Notes: generated from the sequence alone by a model not told the origin. Positions 46,001-55,518 are shown, counted from the first letter of the stretch. The stretch is 64,000 bases of DNA from Oscillospiraceae bacterium (GCA_017501695.1 JAFVWL010000043.1:3592-67591), one strand, 5' to 3'. A program made the numbers and translations.

Positions 46001-49000
46001 CAGTGTCTCGGCGTTGCGCAGCAGGGAGATGTAGATGTCGGTAACGGTATCCGCGTAGCCGTCGCCGTTGGGAGACAGAGAAACATGGTTCATGTCGAAC
46101 ATCTCGCCCACATAGGGGTTCATGCCGGGATACATGCCATATTCATCACCCATCAGCTCGGTGAACAGGGCGTGGATGTACTGGTTGCCGGGAATGATGC
46201 TGTCGCCGTAGTTGATGTAATCCCAGTAGCTGGCAAAGTCCAGCATGGGTGCTTCGGCCCAGTCGCCGTAGAAGCCCATGTAAGGCAGGGACAGATCCAC
46301 GCCGCCGTCATGCAGGGCGGTCAGAGTGGTGAAGCCCTCCACATAGCCGCCGTTGGTGTAGACCTCGTCCAGATATTCCTTGGCGGCGTTGGCCAGGGTC
46401 ACATTGACGGTGACCGCGGCGGTCTCGCCGGGGGCGACCCGCAGGGCTTCCGCGGACAGGTCCACATCGTTGTTGCCCACCAGCGCGTCCAGATAAGCCT
46501 GGACATCGGCCTTGGTCACAGTCTCGTCACCGTTCAGATCAGCCCGCATGGACTCCAGAGCGGTGCCGGCCTTGACAGCCTGGTAAGCGGTGTAAGCATC
46601 GTGGGAATCGGCATCGCCGTCAGCATCCAGGTCATGGATGTAGACAAAGGCGGCGGAGCTTTCGGCGGTCCAGCCGTTCAGAGATACGGGGGTGCCGGAC
46701 ATGAAGTAGTAGCCCTGGACATCGTCATAGCCCTCGGTCTGGATGTTGGTATCCAGGGTGTAGTACACGGGAGCATCACCGAAGTTATGGACATTAAAGG
46801 TATAGCTGTAGGCGCCGGTGCGGTCCGCGTCATCGCCCAGCTCCACCTTGGGCATCTCCACGCCGTCCACGGTCAGGTAAGCCTGGGTGGTCACCGCGTT
46901 GAACACGTTGGCCAGGCCGGAGCCCTGGGACCGGGGAGAATAGGTCAGGCCGTTGGGGCCGTAGACCACGGGAATGGCGGTGCTCATCAGCAGGTTCTGG
47001 GTCACAGCACGGTAGTCGGTGCCGGTGGGGAAGGTTTCCTTCACATACTGCATGACCAGAGCGGCCATGCCGGCGATATTGGGAGCGGCCATGGAGGTAC
47101 CGCTCATTACATCATAGCCGCCGTTGTCCACGGTGGAGTAGATGTTGCCGCCGGGGGCGGTGATATCGGGAGCCAGAGACAGGTCGGGAGCGGGACCCCA
47201 GGAGGAGAACTCGCTCATCTCGTTGGCATAGGGGCTGGGGAAGGGTGCGTACTCGGTGGGGAAGGTGATCTTCAGGGTAGGATCAGCCTTCACCGCGGCC
47301 ACCAGGTACCGGCCGTCGGCCATGGTGATCATAGCGCAGGGGGTGGTGTTGGCGGTGCCGGTCATATCCGCGCCGAACTCGCCGTCGGTGTTGTTGTAGA
47401 TCAGGCAGGCCACAGCACCCTTGGCTTCCGCGATGGTATGCTTATCCAGGAAGCTCAGCTCACCGCGCTGGACCAGCGCGATCTTGCCGGTCACATCCAG
47501 GCCCTCATAATCGGACTCAGCGCCCACACCGGGCACCACCACGACCTCATATGCGCCGGTCAGGGTGGTCACAGCGGGCAGGCCGTAGTCGGTGCTGTCC
47601 ACATAGACGATCCGGTAATCACCGGCAGCGATGAAGCTGCGCTGGACCATGGAGTTCTCGTAGCTGGCCACGGTCATGGTGTTCACATAGGATCCGGGAG
47701 AACCGACCACGCCGTTGTCAGGGTTCTCGGTCAGGTTCTTGTCCAGGCCCCAGTTATTATAGAAGCCGGAGTTGTAGTTGTTGCCCGCGGAGACGGACAG
47801 CACGGTTCCGGTCTGGGCAATGCCGGCGTAAACGGGATCCAGCAGGTCGCCCATCTCGGTCATATCGCCGGAGGTAAAGCCCGCGGGAGAGCCCAAGCTC
47901 ATGTTGATCACGTCAGCGCCCAGCATCAGGGCATCTTCCAGAGCGGCCAGGATGTCCATGGTGTAGGCACCGCCGTTCTTGCCGAAGACCTTCATAACGT
48001 AGAGCTGCGCGTCAGGAGCTACGCCCACGACCTCGCTGCCCTCGGCCTTGTTGGCGGCAGCAATACCGGCCACGTGGGTGCCGTGGTCGCCACGACCGTC
48101 AGCATGGGTGATATCCAGATCGTCGTCACAGTAGTTGAAGCCGTAGACGACCTTGGTGTTGTAATGCACATCCTCCACAGTCAGGCCGGGATAACGCTTG
48201 CTGGCGTTCAGATCACCCAGAACCGCGGCAATGGTGTCCTGGTCGGCGGAGGTGTCGGTGAGCTTGTCTTCCGTCAGGGCGGTGAAATTCTGGTGATCGA
48301 TGTCCAGGCCGGTGTCGATGATGGCGATCTTCATGCCTTCACCGGTGTAGCCGTTGGCCCAGGTGGGCTCCCGGCCGATCATCACGCCGTCGGTAACGGT
48401 GTTGGGGTTGGAAACGCTGTTTTCAGTCTCGCAGACCTCATAGGTCAACTGCAGGAACACACGGGAAACGCCCTGCAGGGCCTCGATCTCGGCGATGGTG
48501 CCATAGGGCACGGTAGCAGCCACGGCGTTCAGCAGCCAGGTATAGCTGTAGCTGATCTCCAGGGGCTCGCCCTCCAGGACTTCCTTCTCGATCTTCTTGA
48601 CGACCTTGTCCTGCTCCTGCTCCAGAGCCTCGATCTTCTGCTGCACCTCAGCGGTGAGCTGAGCATCGGGATCCTCCTGGATGATGCTCTTGGCATCCAT
48701 CAGGATGATGACCTTGACCATGGCATCGGGATCCACCTGGGGCTGTTCCAGCACATTGTCCTTGCCGATTCCATGGACCAGGGAACCGGTCAGGCCGGGA
48801 TTCTCCAGGGTCTCAAAGGTCAGATTCTCGGGATCGGTGGTGTTTTCCTCGGCCCGGGCCACACCGCCAACCATGGGCAGGGCCAGAGTCAGGGCCAGGA
48901 CCAGCATCAGGGCCCGGCTTGCCCACTTCTTGTTCATGGCGGTCAGGACCATCAGACCGGCCAGGCTGCCCAGAGCCAGCAGGCCAAAGACCGCTGCGGG

Positions 49001-49879
49001 GAAGCTGTCGCCGGTGTCGGGGTTGGTGCTCTTCTTGACCAGGCCATCAATGGCGGCAGCCAGGGCGGCGGCAGCGTCATCGATCTCCTCCTGGGTATGG
49101 TCGGGATCGGCCAGGACTGCCTTGGCATCAGCCAGGGCTTCTTCCATTGCGGCATAGGTTGCGGGGGTATACATGGCCTCGTCCTTGCCTTCGGCTTCCT
49201 GGATCAGAGCCTCCAGCTCGTCGGTAAGGATGGTGCCGTAGGGCAGCAGAGCAGCCATGGCATCGTTCAGGGCCTTGGCCGCGGCATCCACCTCTGCCTG
49301 GGTGGCGGTGGGATCCGCCAGCACAGCCTTGGCGGCGGTCAGAGCCTTCTCCACCACAGTATAGGACTTGGGGGTATAGTCGTTGGGATCCAGAGCCTCA
49401 GCCTGGGCAACCGCCTCGGCCAGGGCCGTGGTATCCACGGTGCCGATCTTCACGGTGTTGCCGTCGGGATCCTGCATGACGCCGGTCATTTCCACATCGG
49501 CGGGACGGCCCTTGCCGGAGAAGGTGACCCGCATCAGGACCACAGTTTCTCCATTGGTCTCATAAGCCTCGGGTGCCACCCAACTGATCAGCACGGTACC
49601 CTTTTCCTCCGCGTTGACGGAGTACATGGCTACATAGTCCTCGTACACCGTTACGGATTCAAAGGTAAGCTTCTCACTGTCGTAGGTCAGCTTCAGCAGA
49701 CCGTCGGTGACCGTGGTATCCGTGACGATCCGGACGACCGTATTCTCCTCGGCGGAGTTCAGGTCCAGATTCATCCAGACAGAGCCTTCCAGCTCCGCGG
49801 CCAGCACATTGGTGGCCAGCATGACGCACAGCAGAACTGCCAGCGTCAGCATACAGAGCACTCTCTTCGCGAACTTCAT
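43046..49879 (-). CDS. 2277-aa cell-surface S8 (subtilisin/lactocepin-like) protease fused behind a cohesin-FIVAR-NPDTG anchoring module; internal dockerin and Big_2-like domains
   Basis: AAAGGAGG RBS, ATG 49879; catalytic IAIIDTG, HGTHVAG, SGTSMAAP; PA domain (VTGKIALVQRG); NPDTG at 49010-49024; dockerin-like repeats near 46476-46637. Confidence 0.92.
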   Translation of the reverse strand: MKFAKRVLCMLTLAVLLCVMLATNVLAAELEGSVWMNLDLNSAEENTVVRIVTDTTVTDGLLKLTYDSEKLTFESVTVYEDYVAMYSVNAEEKGTVLISWVAPEAYETNGETVVLMRVTFSGKGRPADVEMTGVMQDPDGNTVKIGTVDTTALAEAVAQAEALDPNDYTPKSYTVVEKALTAAKAVLADPTATQAEVDAAAKALNDAMAALLPYGTILTDELEALIQEAEGKDEAMYTPATYAAMEEALADAKAVLADPDHTQEEIDDAAAALAAAIDGLVKKSTNPDTGDSFPAAVFGLLALGSLAGLMVLTAMNKKWASRALMLVLALTLALPMVGGVARAEENTTDPENLTFETLENPGLTGSLVHGIGKDNVLEQPQVDPDAMVKVIILMDAKSIIQEDPDAQLTAEVQQKIEALEQEQDKVVKKIEKEVLEGEPLEISYSYTWLLNAVAATVPYGTIAEIEALQGVSRVFLQLTYEVCETENSVSNPNTVTDGVMIGREPTWANGYTGEGMKIAIIDTGLDIDHQNFTALTEDKLTDTSADQDTIAAVLGDLNASKRYPGLTVEDVHYNTKVVYGFNYCDDDLDITHADGRGDHGTHVAGIAAANKAEGSEVVGVAPDAQLYVMKVFGKNGGAYTMDILAALEDALMLGADVINMSLGSPAGFTSGDMTEMGDLLDPVYAGIAQTGTVLSVSAGNNYNSGFYNNWGLDKNLTENPDNGVVGSPGSYVNTMTVASYENSMVQRSFIAAGDYRIVYVDSTDYGLPAVTTLTGAYEVVVVPGVGAESDYEGLDVTGKIALVQRGELSFLDKHTIAEAKGAVACLIYNNTDGEFGADMTGTANTTPCAMITMADGRYLVAAVKADPTLKITFPTEYAPFPSPYANEMSEFSSWGPAPDLSLAPDITAPGGNIYSTVDNGGYDVMSGTSMAAPNIAGMAALVMQYVKETFPTGTDYRAVTQNLLMSTAIPVVYGPNGLTYSPRSQGSGLANVFNAVTTQAYLTVDGVEMPKVELGDDADRTGAYSYTFNVHNFGDAPVYYTLDTNIQTEGYDDVQGYYFMSGTPVSLNGWTAESSAAFVYIHDLDADGDADSHDAYTAYQAVKAGTALESMRADLNGDETVTKADVQAYLDALVGNNDVDLSAEALRVAPGETAAVTVNVTLANAAKEYLDEVYTNGGYVEGFTTLTALHDGGVDLSLPYMGFYGDWAEAPMLDFASYWDYINYGDSIIPGNQYIHALFTELMGDEYGMYPGMNPYVGEMFDMNHVSLSPNGDGYADTVTDIYISLLRNAETLTITYTDMDTGEEYFGVQINNVSKSVFYSNYGQVIPFAYDLFIAEPGLYDWEGLENNTRVLLQVEAVGLDENEEPEYWQVPITVDLEAPELLNAIRTEDPETGRTYLTLEFRDNVSASAVILADPSGTQLYGITGVQDVEPDENGYQNYTLTFDITGITGKMMIILSDYAVNESYYGINMGGEGAPYGDLVAYQYNYNTGFYGWVSFNSGVDYNETAIFPNYGVDFVAAEYVGGYVFAQTEDGKLYGFRYEDMLNNTMDLESTYIATLENVYQDFAYNYSDGKLYGLVTTEEMWYGVPSVQSEIFVININGEYFDETLWSEMAPYQEEWYAGRGELAGLGLAIDDEGSFYIMGSHYEDHYDEETWEYLGTTESTAQIWKASMEESWDGMRLGAFRLVGDTGMELDFLQSMAWDHNTETLYWARFDAGATYMVSELIQVDPSVVTEDENGNPMVSAVKVGNLSGETCALFAPLTAESAAKAEHANLPEMDPSVIGTPILREETLTMSIGGTKQLSYDIDPWYTDHKTVVWTSSDPNVVTVDGSGFITAVNPGSAVITIASAEDETKFDTLSVEVTALDLKIEGVLSTQGSGIGSFYNARPYTFNMVEGVATLTEGSPITAPNEMNYGLALGTTEFGRGSIWTCEVGNTGMVYEIDPYTGAVKDVLAPIDGDMLFGMHYSESMDSFTGIMNYFMYVDMPMNHEQEEEMLNSYDEETNMFMWHRLNMLPYLMESNTGFITGETGQGASSEIVFCGITGIDGGIKDMYGQTYYYDTYKDYLGNWAAGMPCSYQPDQTLILLDNVGRLWYINEVTGVTMESDEWGNVFLTTPDGGSIDGTRNGVILSEDVAEDGTYSVFHITKIVETPLTDMFREGTMPRITYHFSDIEFAGYTKDNDPMILMSLYDYWNNGSTNELFLYVPGHETEEMDYETWEPIRTPDRLFALGSTGEYNIIASIHYAEVTGGVDPEEPAEAGVNPLGIGSYRSGSR

Positions 49880-50032
49880 ATAATTCCTCCTTTGATTTCG
49901 GATGGCAGGCAGATCTTTTTGGCAGACCGGACAAGTGCCGCATACCCTGTTCGGGCCGCCAAACGGGTCTGTCTTCCATCCTTCTTTCGGAACATATCCG
50001 GCAGGATTTTCCAATCTGCCCGATATTATCCC

Positions 50033-50061
50033 ATTATACTCCCGTGCGCATCTTGTGTCAA
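50033..50061 (-). promoter_or_regulatory. Consensus SigA promoter of the S8 protease gene
   Basis: TTGACA (50061-50056), 17 bp, TATAAT (50038-50033). Confidence 0.85.
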
Positions 50062-50275
50062 TGTGTTTACCCCTGCGGGACAATAGAATTTTACGAAATT
50101 GTGAACGGTTTTTTTGGCGCTCCTGACGGCAAAAAATCAGCCATGCCCCGATGCCGGGACACGGCTGAAAAAACATTATTTCTGTATGTCCCTGCGGGAT
50201 TCGTCAGGTTTCCCCTGTTTTTTTACCGGCAGTATGGTATTCTTACAGAAACCGACAGAAAACGGGGGTTTCCAT

Positions 50276-50593
50276 ATGTTAGGTACACGGATCGCGGCCC
50301 GGCGAAGGATGCTGGGCATCAGTCAAAACGAGCTGGCGCGTCGGCTGTGCATCAGCCCCAGCGCCGTGGGAATGTACGAGCAGGGCCGTCGGGAGCCCTC
50401 CGTGGAAATGCTGGCCGCCCTGTCCCAGGCGCTGGATGTATCCATCGACTATCTGGTGACCGGCCGGAACTGGTCCTGCGGGGACCGGTGCGGCAACTGC
50501 CCTGAGTCCTTCTTTCCGAAGGAACCGGACCCGTTCCCCATTTCGGAGGCAGGTCTAAAACGCCTGCTCCTGGACCTGCTGCGGGATGTGTAA
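50276..50593 (+). CDS. XRE-family HTH transcriptional regulator
   Basis: RI...R...GISQNELARRL.ISPSAVGMYEQGRREPS..ML..L...LDVSIDYL. Confidence 0.92.
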   Translation: MLGTRIAARRRMLGISQNELARRLCISPSAVGMYEQGRREPSVEMLAALSQALDVSIDYLVTGRNWSCGDRCGNCPESFFPKEPDPFPISEAGLKRLLLDLLRDV

Positions 50594-50604
50594 GGACTCT
50601 GTTG

Positions 50605-51141
50605 TCACAGTCTGCCGATAAGGGCAGATCCGTTGGTTTTCAGCCATTGGCGGCGGCTTTCATAATCCGGCAGGACCCGGGCTACCTCTGCCCAGAATTT
50701 AGGCGAGTGATTCATTTCCTTCCGGTGGCACAGCTCATGGACCACCACGTAGTCCAGCACCTCCGGCGGAACCAGCATCAACAGGCAGTTGAAGTTCAGA
50801 TTGCCCCGGCTGCTGCAGCTTCCCCAACGGGTCCGCTGGTTGCGGATGGTGATGTTTCCATAAGTAACTCCCACCAGGGGCGCGAAATATTCTACCCGGC
50901 CGGGGATATATTCCAGCGCCCTTTGCCCCAGGTCCCGGATCTCCCGCTCCGTAAATCCGGGCAGGACGGGCTGCCTGGGCCGGTGCTTTTCGATCCAGTC
51001 CCGCTTCTCCAGAATAAAGGCATCGATGGCGGTCTTGGGCATCCGCCGGGGCGCGCGGACCACCAGGGTGCCGTCCGGCTCTATCTGAAGAGCCAGGGTC
51101 TTCCGGTCGCTGCGGATCAGGCGATAGGTCAGATTTTCCAT
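50605..51141 (-). CDS. YgjP/DUF45 (M48/SprT-like) zinc metallohydrolase
   Basis: RSDRKTL, VRAP, QRTRWGSCS, LDYVVVHELCH...NHS..FW. Confidence 0.92.
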   Translation of the reverse strand: MENLTYRLIRSDRKTLALQIEPDGTLVVRAPRRMPKTAIDAFILEKRDWIEKHRPRQPVLPGFTEREIRDLGQRALEYIPGRVEYFAPLVGVTYGNITIRNQRTRWGSCSSRGNLNFNCLLMLVPPEVLDYVVVHELCHRKEMNHSPKFWAEVARVLPDYESRRQWLKTNGSALIGRL

Positions 51142-51489
51142 ATGCACTTTCCTCTATAGTTTCAGTTATTTCAGCAACAGTTTATCACAAAATCAAGATT
51201 GTTGGAAGATGAAAAAAAATTCTCAATATCCATCAAGTGTTTTCCTTCGTGGACATTTGGTTGCGTGATAAACACATAAAAAGTAGGATTATCACCCCTG
51301 TTTCAGGGAAAAAGCCACAAAAACGACTTCGGAAAATTCTTCGGTTTTTACCCAAAAAGTATGAATATCTCCGGCATTTCCATAAAATCATCCGGAAATT
51401 TCATTCGGAAATTCAAAAATAACCATTGACATATTGAAAAATCCCGCTATTATATTAGACATATCAACCAAAAACTGGAGGGTCAATTT

Positions 51490-52659
51490 ATGAAACTGAT
51501 CAAAACAACCGCTATCCTGCTTTCCCTGGTACTGTGCCTGAGCCTGCTAAGCGCCTGCGGCGCGGGCGGCGGCTATACCGCGGACAACACGGAATTCGTG
51601 ATCGGTGTATCCGGCCCTCTGACCGGCAGCGCCGCCATGTACGGCCAGGCCGTTGTCAACAGCGCCCAGATGGCCATTGATGAAATCAATGCCGCCGGCG
51701 GCCTGAATGGCATCAAGTTCAAGCTGATCTCCACCGACGATATGAACGACGCATCCAAGCTGTCCGCCAACTACTCCGCTATGCTGGAAGGCGGCATGCA
51801 GGTGTCTCTGGGCACTGTCACCACCCAGCCCGGTCTGGAATTTAAGAATCTGTCCTTCGAAGACAATGTATTCTTCCTGACCCCCTCCGCCACCGGTGAC
51901 GACATCCCCACCAACCCCAACGGTTATCAGATGTGCTTCGCCGACGGCAACCAGGGCAAAAATGCCGCCCAGTACGTGAACGAGAACTTCTCCGGCAAGA
52001 CCATCGGCGTCTTCTACAAGTCCGACGAAGCCTATTCCAAGGGCATCTTCGATCAGTTCAAGGCCAATCTGGATCCTTCCGTCCAGGTCATCGAAACTTC
52101 CTTCTCCGATGCCAACGCCACGGACTTCACCACCCAGATCGATACCCTGAAGAATTGCGAATTCATCTTCATGCCCATCTACTACACCCCCGCTTCCCTG
52201 TTCATGACCCAGGCCAAGGACATCATCAAGCCCAACGCCACCTACTACGGCTGTGACGGCTTCGACGGCATCGACAACATCGAAGGCTTTGACATCACCG
52301 CCATTCCCCAGGCCGTGACCATGCTGTCCCACTTCAACGGCAAGTCTGAATCCGGTCCCGCCAAGGACTTTGTGGACAAGTACACCGCCAAGTATGGCGC
52401 CGCCACATTGAATCAGTTCGGTGCCGCCGCTTACGACTGTGTCTACGCCATCTACGGTGCCATGAAGAAGGCCATGGCCGAAGGCACGGATATCCCCGTC
52501 AACATCAGCGCCAGCGACCTGTGCGACATTCTGAAGGCCCAGTTTGCCGGCGGCTACACCATGACCGGTGCCGTCACCGGCGCTACCATCACCTGGGACG
52601 CTACCGGCTACGTGAACAAGGTTGCCACCAAGTACGTCATCAAGGAAGCCAACGGCTGA
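51490..52659 (+). CDS. livK: Branched-chain amino acid ABC transporter substrate-binding lipoprotein
   Basis: Lipobox LSAC; IGVSGPLTG..A.YG...A.DEINAAGG; GCDG; AAAYD. Confidence 0.92.
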   Translation: MKLIKTTAILLSLVLCLSLLSACGAGGGYTADNTEFVIGVSGPLTGSAAMYGQAVVNSAQMAIDEINAAGGLNGIKFKLISTDDMNDASKLSANYSAMLEGGMQVSLGTVTTQPGLEFKNLSFEDNVFFLTPSATGDDIPTNPNGYQMCFADGNQGKNAAQYVNENFSGKTIGVFYKSDEAYSKGIFDQFKANLDPSVQVIETSFSDANATDFTTQIDTLKNCEFIFMPIYYTPASLFMTQAKDIIKPNATYYGCDGFDGIDNIEGFDITAIPQAVTMLSHFNGKSESGPAKDFVDKYTAKYGAATLNQFGAAAYDCVYAIYGAMKKAMAEGTDIPVNISASDLCDILKAQFAGGYTMTGAVTGATITWDATGYVNKVATKYVIKEANG

Positions 52660-52757
52660 TTATTACATTCCCATCATACCGCACATACCGGTTCAACAGG
52701 ACCGGTATGTGCTGTTATGTATGACCAACCATTACAAACAACAGGCTGGATTTTATC

Positions 52758-53630
52758 ATGGAACAGATTTTTTCAACATTGGTCAACGGACTGAGTCTGG
52801 GCGGTATTTACGCCATGATCGCCCTGGGCTATACTATGGTCTACGGCATTGCCAAGCTCCTGAATTTCGCCCACGGCGATATCATCATGGTGGGCGGCTA
52901 CCTGATTTATGTGGGTATGGCCACCCAGATGCCCCTGGCGGCGGTGCTGCTGGCAGTGGTGGGCTGTGTGGTTCTGGGTATCTGCATTGAAAAAGTGGCT
53001 TACCGGCCCCTGCGGGGCGCTTCTCCCCTGGCGGTGCTGATCACCGCCATCGGCGTCAGCTACTTCATGCAGAGCATGGCCCAGATCATCTTCGGCTCCG
53101 CCCCGAAAATGGTCACGGTTTATGACTTCGGCGCGGTGGAGCTGTTCGGTGCCACCATCCAGGTTTCCTCCCTGGTAACCCTGGCAGTAGCCACAGTGGT
53201 CATGACGGTCCTGACCCTTTTTGTCAAGTACACCCGCACCGGACGGGCTATGATTGCCGTATCCGAGGACAACGGCGCGGCCCAGCTCATGGGCATCGAC
53301 GTGAACCGAATCATCACCATTACTTTCGCCATTGGCTCTGCCCTGGCGGCTCTGGCAGGCCTGTTCTACCTGCTGAAGGCCCCCGCGGTATCCAGCACCC
53401 TGGGCGCCATGCCCGGCATCAAGGCCTTTACGGCAGCGGTCATCGGCGGCATCGGCTCCATTCCCGGTGCCATGCTGGGCGGCATTCTGCTGGGCATGAT
53501 TGAAAGCGTGTCCTATAAGATCACTGCCATCGCCCCCTACACCGATGCCATTGAGTTCTCCATCCTGATCCTGATCCTGCTGGTACGGCCCACAGGATTC
53601 TTGGGCAAGAAACGGAGGGAAAAGGTATGA
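52758..53630 (+). CDS. livH: Branched-chain amino acid ABC transporter permease
   Basis: NGLSLGGIYAMIALGYTMVYG, NFAHGD, KAFTAAVIGGIGS, RPTG. Confidence 0.96.
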   Translation: MEQIFSTLVNGLSLGGIYAMIALGYTMVYGIAKLLNFAHGDIIMVGGYLIYVGMATQMPLAAVLLAVVGCVVLGICIEKVAYRPLRGASPLAVLITAIGVSYFMQSMAQIIFGSAPKMVTVYDFGAVELFGATIQVSSLVTLAVATVVMTVLTLFVKYTRTGRAMIAVSEDNGAAQLMGIDVNRIITITFAIGSALAALAGLFYLLKAPAVSSTLGAMPGIKAFTAAVIGGIGSIPGAMLGGILLGMIESVSYKITAIAPYTDAIEFSILILILLVRPTGFLGKKRREKV

Positions 53631-54748
53631 AGATCGGCAATTTCAAGCTGCGGCATTACATCAATTATATCGTCATTGGTATTCTGACCTTGGTTCTGGG
53701 CACCATGAGCCTTACGGGCACCCGGTTTGACAATTCCCTGCTGTTCCTGTTGGAAAAGGTGGCCATCAGCATTATTCTGGCGGTTTCCCTGTCCCTGGTG
53801 GTGGGCTTCCTGGGCGAGCTGTCCCTGGGCCACGCCGGTTTCATGTGCGTGGGCGCTTACCTGGGCGGCAAGGTAGCGACACTGCTTGTGCCCATGCTGG
53901 GCAACGGTCCCCTCACCTTCCTCATCGCCCTGATCGCCGGTGCCGGAGCGGCAGCGATCTGCGGCATCATCATCGGCATTCCCGCTCTGCGGCTCCGGGG
54001 CGACTATCTGGCCATCGTAACCCTGGCCTTTGGCGAGATCGTCAAATCCCTGTTCCAGAACTCCTCCGACGACAGCTTCGGCGGCTCCCTGGGACTGGAA
54101 ACTCCCCGCTATGACAAGCATTACCTGTTCATTCTGGCCTTCCTGCTGGTGCTGGTAACTCTGGCGGTGATCCAGAACCTGATCCGGTCCAAGCACGGCC
54201 GGGCCATCACCGCCATCCGGGACAATGAGATCGCCGCTCTGGCCAGCGGTACCAACGTCACCAAGTATAAGCTCCTGGCCTTCACCCTGTCCGCGGCCTT
54301 CGCGGGGGTGGCCGGTGTACTGTACAGCTACAGCAATTATACGGTCCAGAGCGCCAAATTCGGCTACAACTATTCCATTGAGATCCTGGTCATGGTGGTT
54401 CTTGGCGGCATGGGCAGCATCAACGGTTCCATCCTGGCCGCCGCCCTGATCACCTGGCTGAATACCAAGCTGGCCACGGTGCTCACCGGCGATCTGGCCG
54501 TTCTGCAAAACCTGCTGTACGCCCTGATTCTCATTGTCATCGTAATTTACAACAACGCCCCGGCCCTGAAGGGCTTCCGGGACAAGTACAATCTGGGTGC
54601 CCTGGCTGAGAAGCTGATAAAGCACGATCCCGCCCGGGTGAAGGACGACAAGGCCAAGTGGGACGTGGTGCCCACCAAGATCAGCATGGACGAGATTCTG
54701 TCCGTGGACCTGGTGCCCCAGGATCATGACCAGGGAGGTAGCAAATGA
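53627..54748 (+). CDS. livM: Branched-chain amino acid ABC transporter permease
   Basis: GELSLGHAGF, LRLRGDYLAIVTLAFGEI, GRAI.AIRDNE, VVLGGMGS. Confidence 0.96.
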   Translation: MKIGNFKLRHYINYIVIGILTLVLGTMSLTGTRFDNSLLFLLEKVAISIILAVSLSLVVGFLGELSLGHAGFMCVGAYLGGKVATLLVPMLGNGPLTFLIALIAGAGAAAICGIIIGIPALRLRGDYLAIVTLAFGEIVKSLFQNSSDDSFGGSLGLETPRYDKHYLFILAFLLVLVTLAVIQNLIRSKHGRAITAIRDNEIAALASGTNVTKYKLLAFTLSAAFAGVAGVLYSYSNYTVQSAKFGYNYSIEILVMVVLGGMGSINGSILAAALITWLNTKLATVLTGDLAVLQNLLYALILIVIVIYNNAPALKGFRDKYNLGALAEKLIKHDPARVKDDKAKWDVVPTKISMDEILSVDLVPQDHDQGGSK

Positions 54749-55518
54749 TGGCACAGTATTTGCTGGAAACCCAGGGCCTTGGCATTTCCTTCGGCGGCCT
54801 GAAGGCCGTGGAAAATGTGTCCCTGAAAATCAAAAAGAATCAGATTTACGGTCTCATCGGTCCCAACGGCGCGGGCAAAACTACGGTGTTCAACCTGCTG
54901 ACCTGCGTTTACAAGTCCACCACCGGAAAATTCCTGCTGGATGGCGTGGAAATGAAAAACCTGTCCCCGGACCGGATCAATCAGAAGGGCATCGCCCGGA
55001 CCTTCCAAAACATCCGGCTGTTCAACAACATGACCGTAGTCCGCAACGTCATGGTAGCCCTGCAGAACCGGCCGGAATACAAGTGCAGCATCCTGGACTC
55101 GGTGCTGCGGCTGCCCCGGCATTTCCGGGTGGAAAAGGAAATGCGGGCCAAGGCCAAGGAGCTGCTGCGCATCTTCGGTCTGGAAGAGGACCGGAACAAC
55201 CTGGCCTGCAACCTGCCCTACGGAAAACAGCGCAAGCTGGAGATCGCCCGGGCCCTGGCTACGAGCCCCAAGCTGCTGCTTCTGGATGAACCCGCCGCGG
55301 GCATGAACCCTCAGGAAACCGAGGATCTGGCCCGGACCATCCGGCTGATCCGGGATCAGTTCGACATGACCGTCCTGCTCATTGAGCACGACATGAGCTT
55401 TGTGGCAGAGCTGTGCGACGAGATCACCGTGCTGAATTTCGGCACCGTGCTGGCTGAGGGCGACACGCAGACCGTACTGCAGGACCCGGAGGTTATCCGG
55501 GCATACATTGGAGGATAA
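54745..55518 (+). CDS. livG: Branched-chain amino acid ABC transporter ATPase
   Basis: GPNGAGKTT, IARTFQNIRLF, LPYGKQRKLEIARAL, LDEPAAG, IEHDM. Confidence 0.97.
   Translation: MMAQYLLETQGLGISFGGLKAVENVSLKIKKNQIYGLIGPNGAGKTTVFNLLTCVYKSTTGKFLLDGVEMKNLSPDRINQKGIARTFQNIRLFNNMTVVRNVMVALQNRPEYKCSILDSVLRLPRHFRVEKEMRAKAKELLRIFGLEEDRNNLACNLPYGKQRKLEIARALATSPKLLLLDEPAAGMNPQETEDLARTIRLIRDQFDMTVLLIEHDMSFVAELCDEITVLNFGTVLAEGDTQTVLQDPEVIRAYIGG

Noticed and set aside
42827-50086. 2419-aa plus-strand ORF, and similar long antisense ORFs (876-2756, 4723-6939, 11288-13603, 18379-20460, 37136-39070)
   Set aside because: Shadow frames opposite well-supported genes. Strong GC3 bias removes stops on the antisense strand, and the translations have no recognisable motifs.
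49880-50176. 99-aa N-terminal extension of the S8 ORF in the ORF track
   Set aside because: A strong RBS and signal peptide at ATG 49879 and a consensus promoter at 50033-50061 place the true start downstream.
51320-51415. CodY-like boxes upstream of livK (e.g. AATCATCCGGAAATT)
   Set aside because: Biologically plausible, but 4-5 mismatches to AATTTTCWGAAAATT in an AT-rich region is too weak to call.
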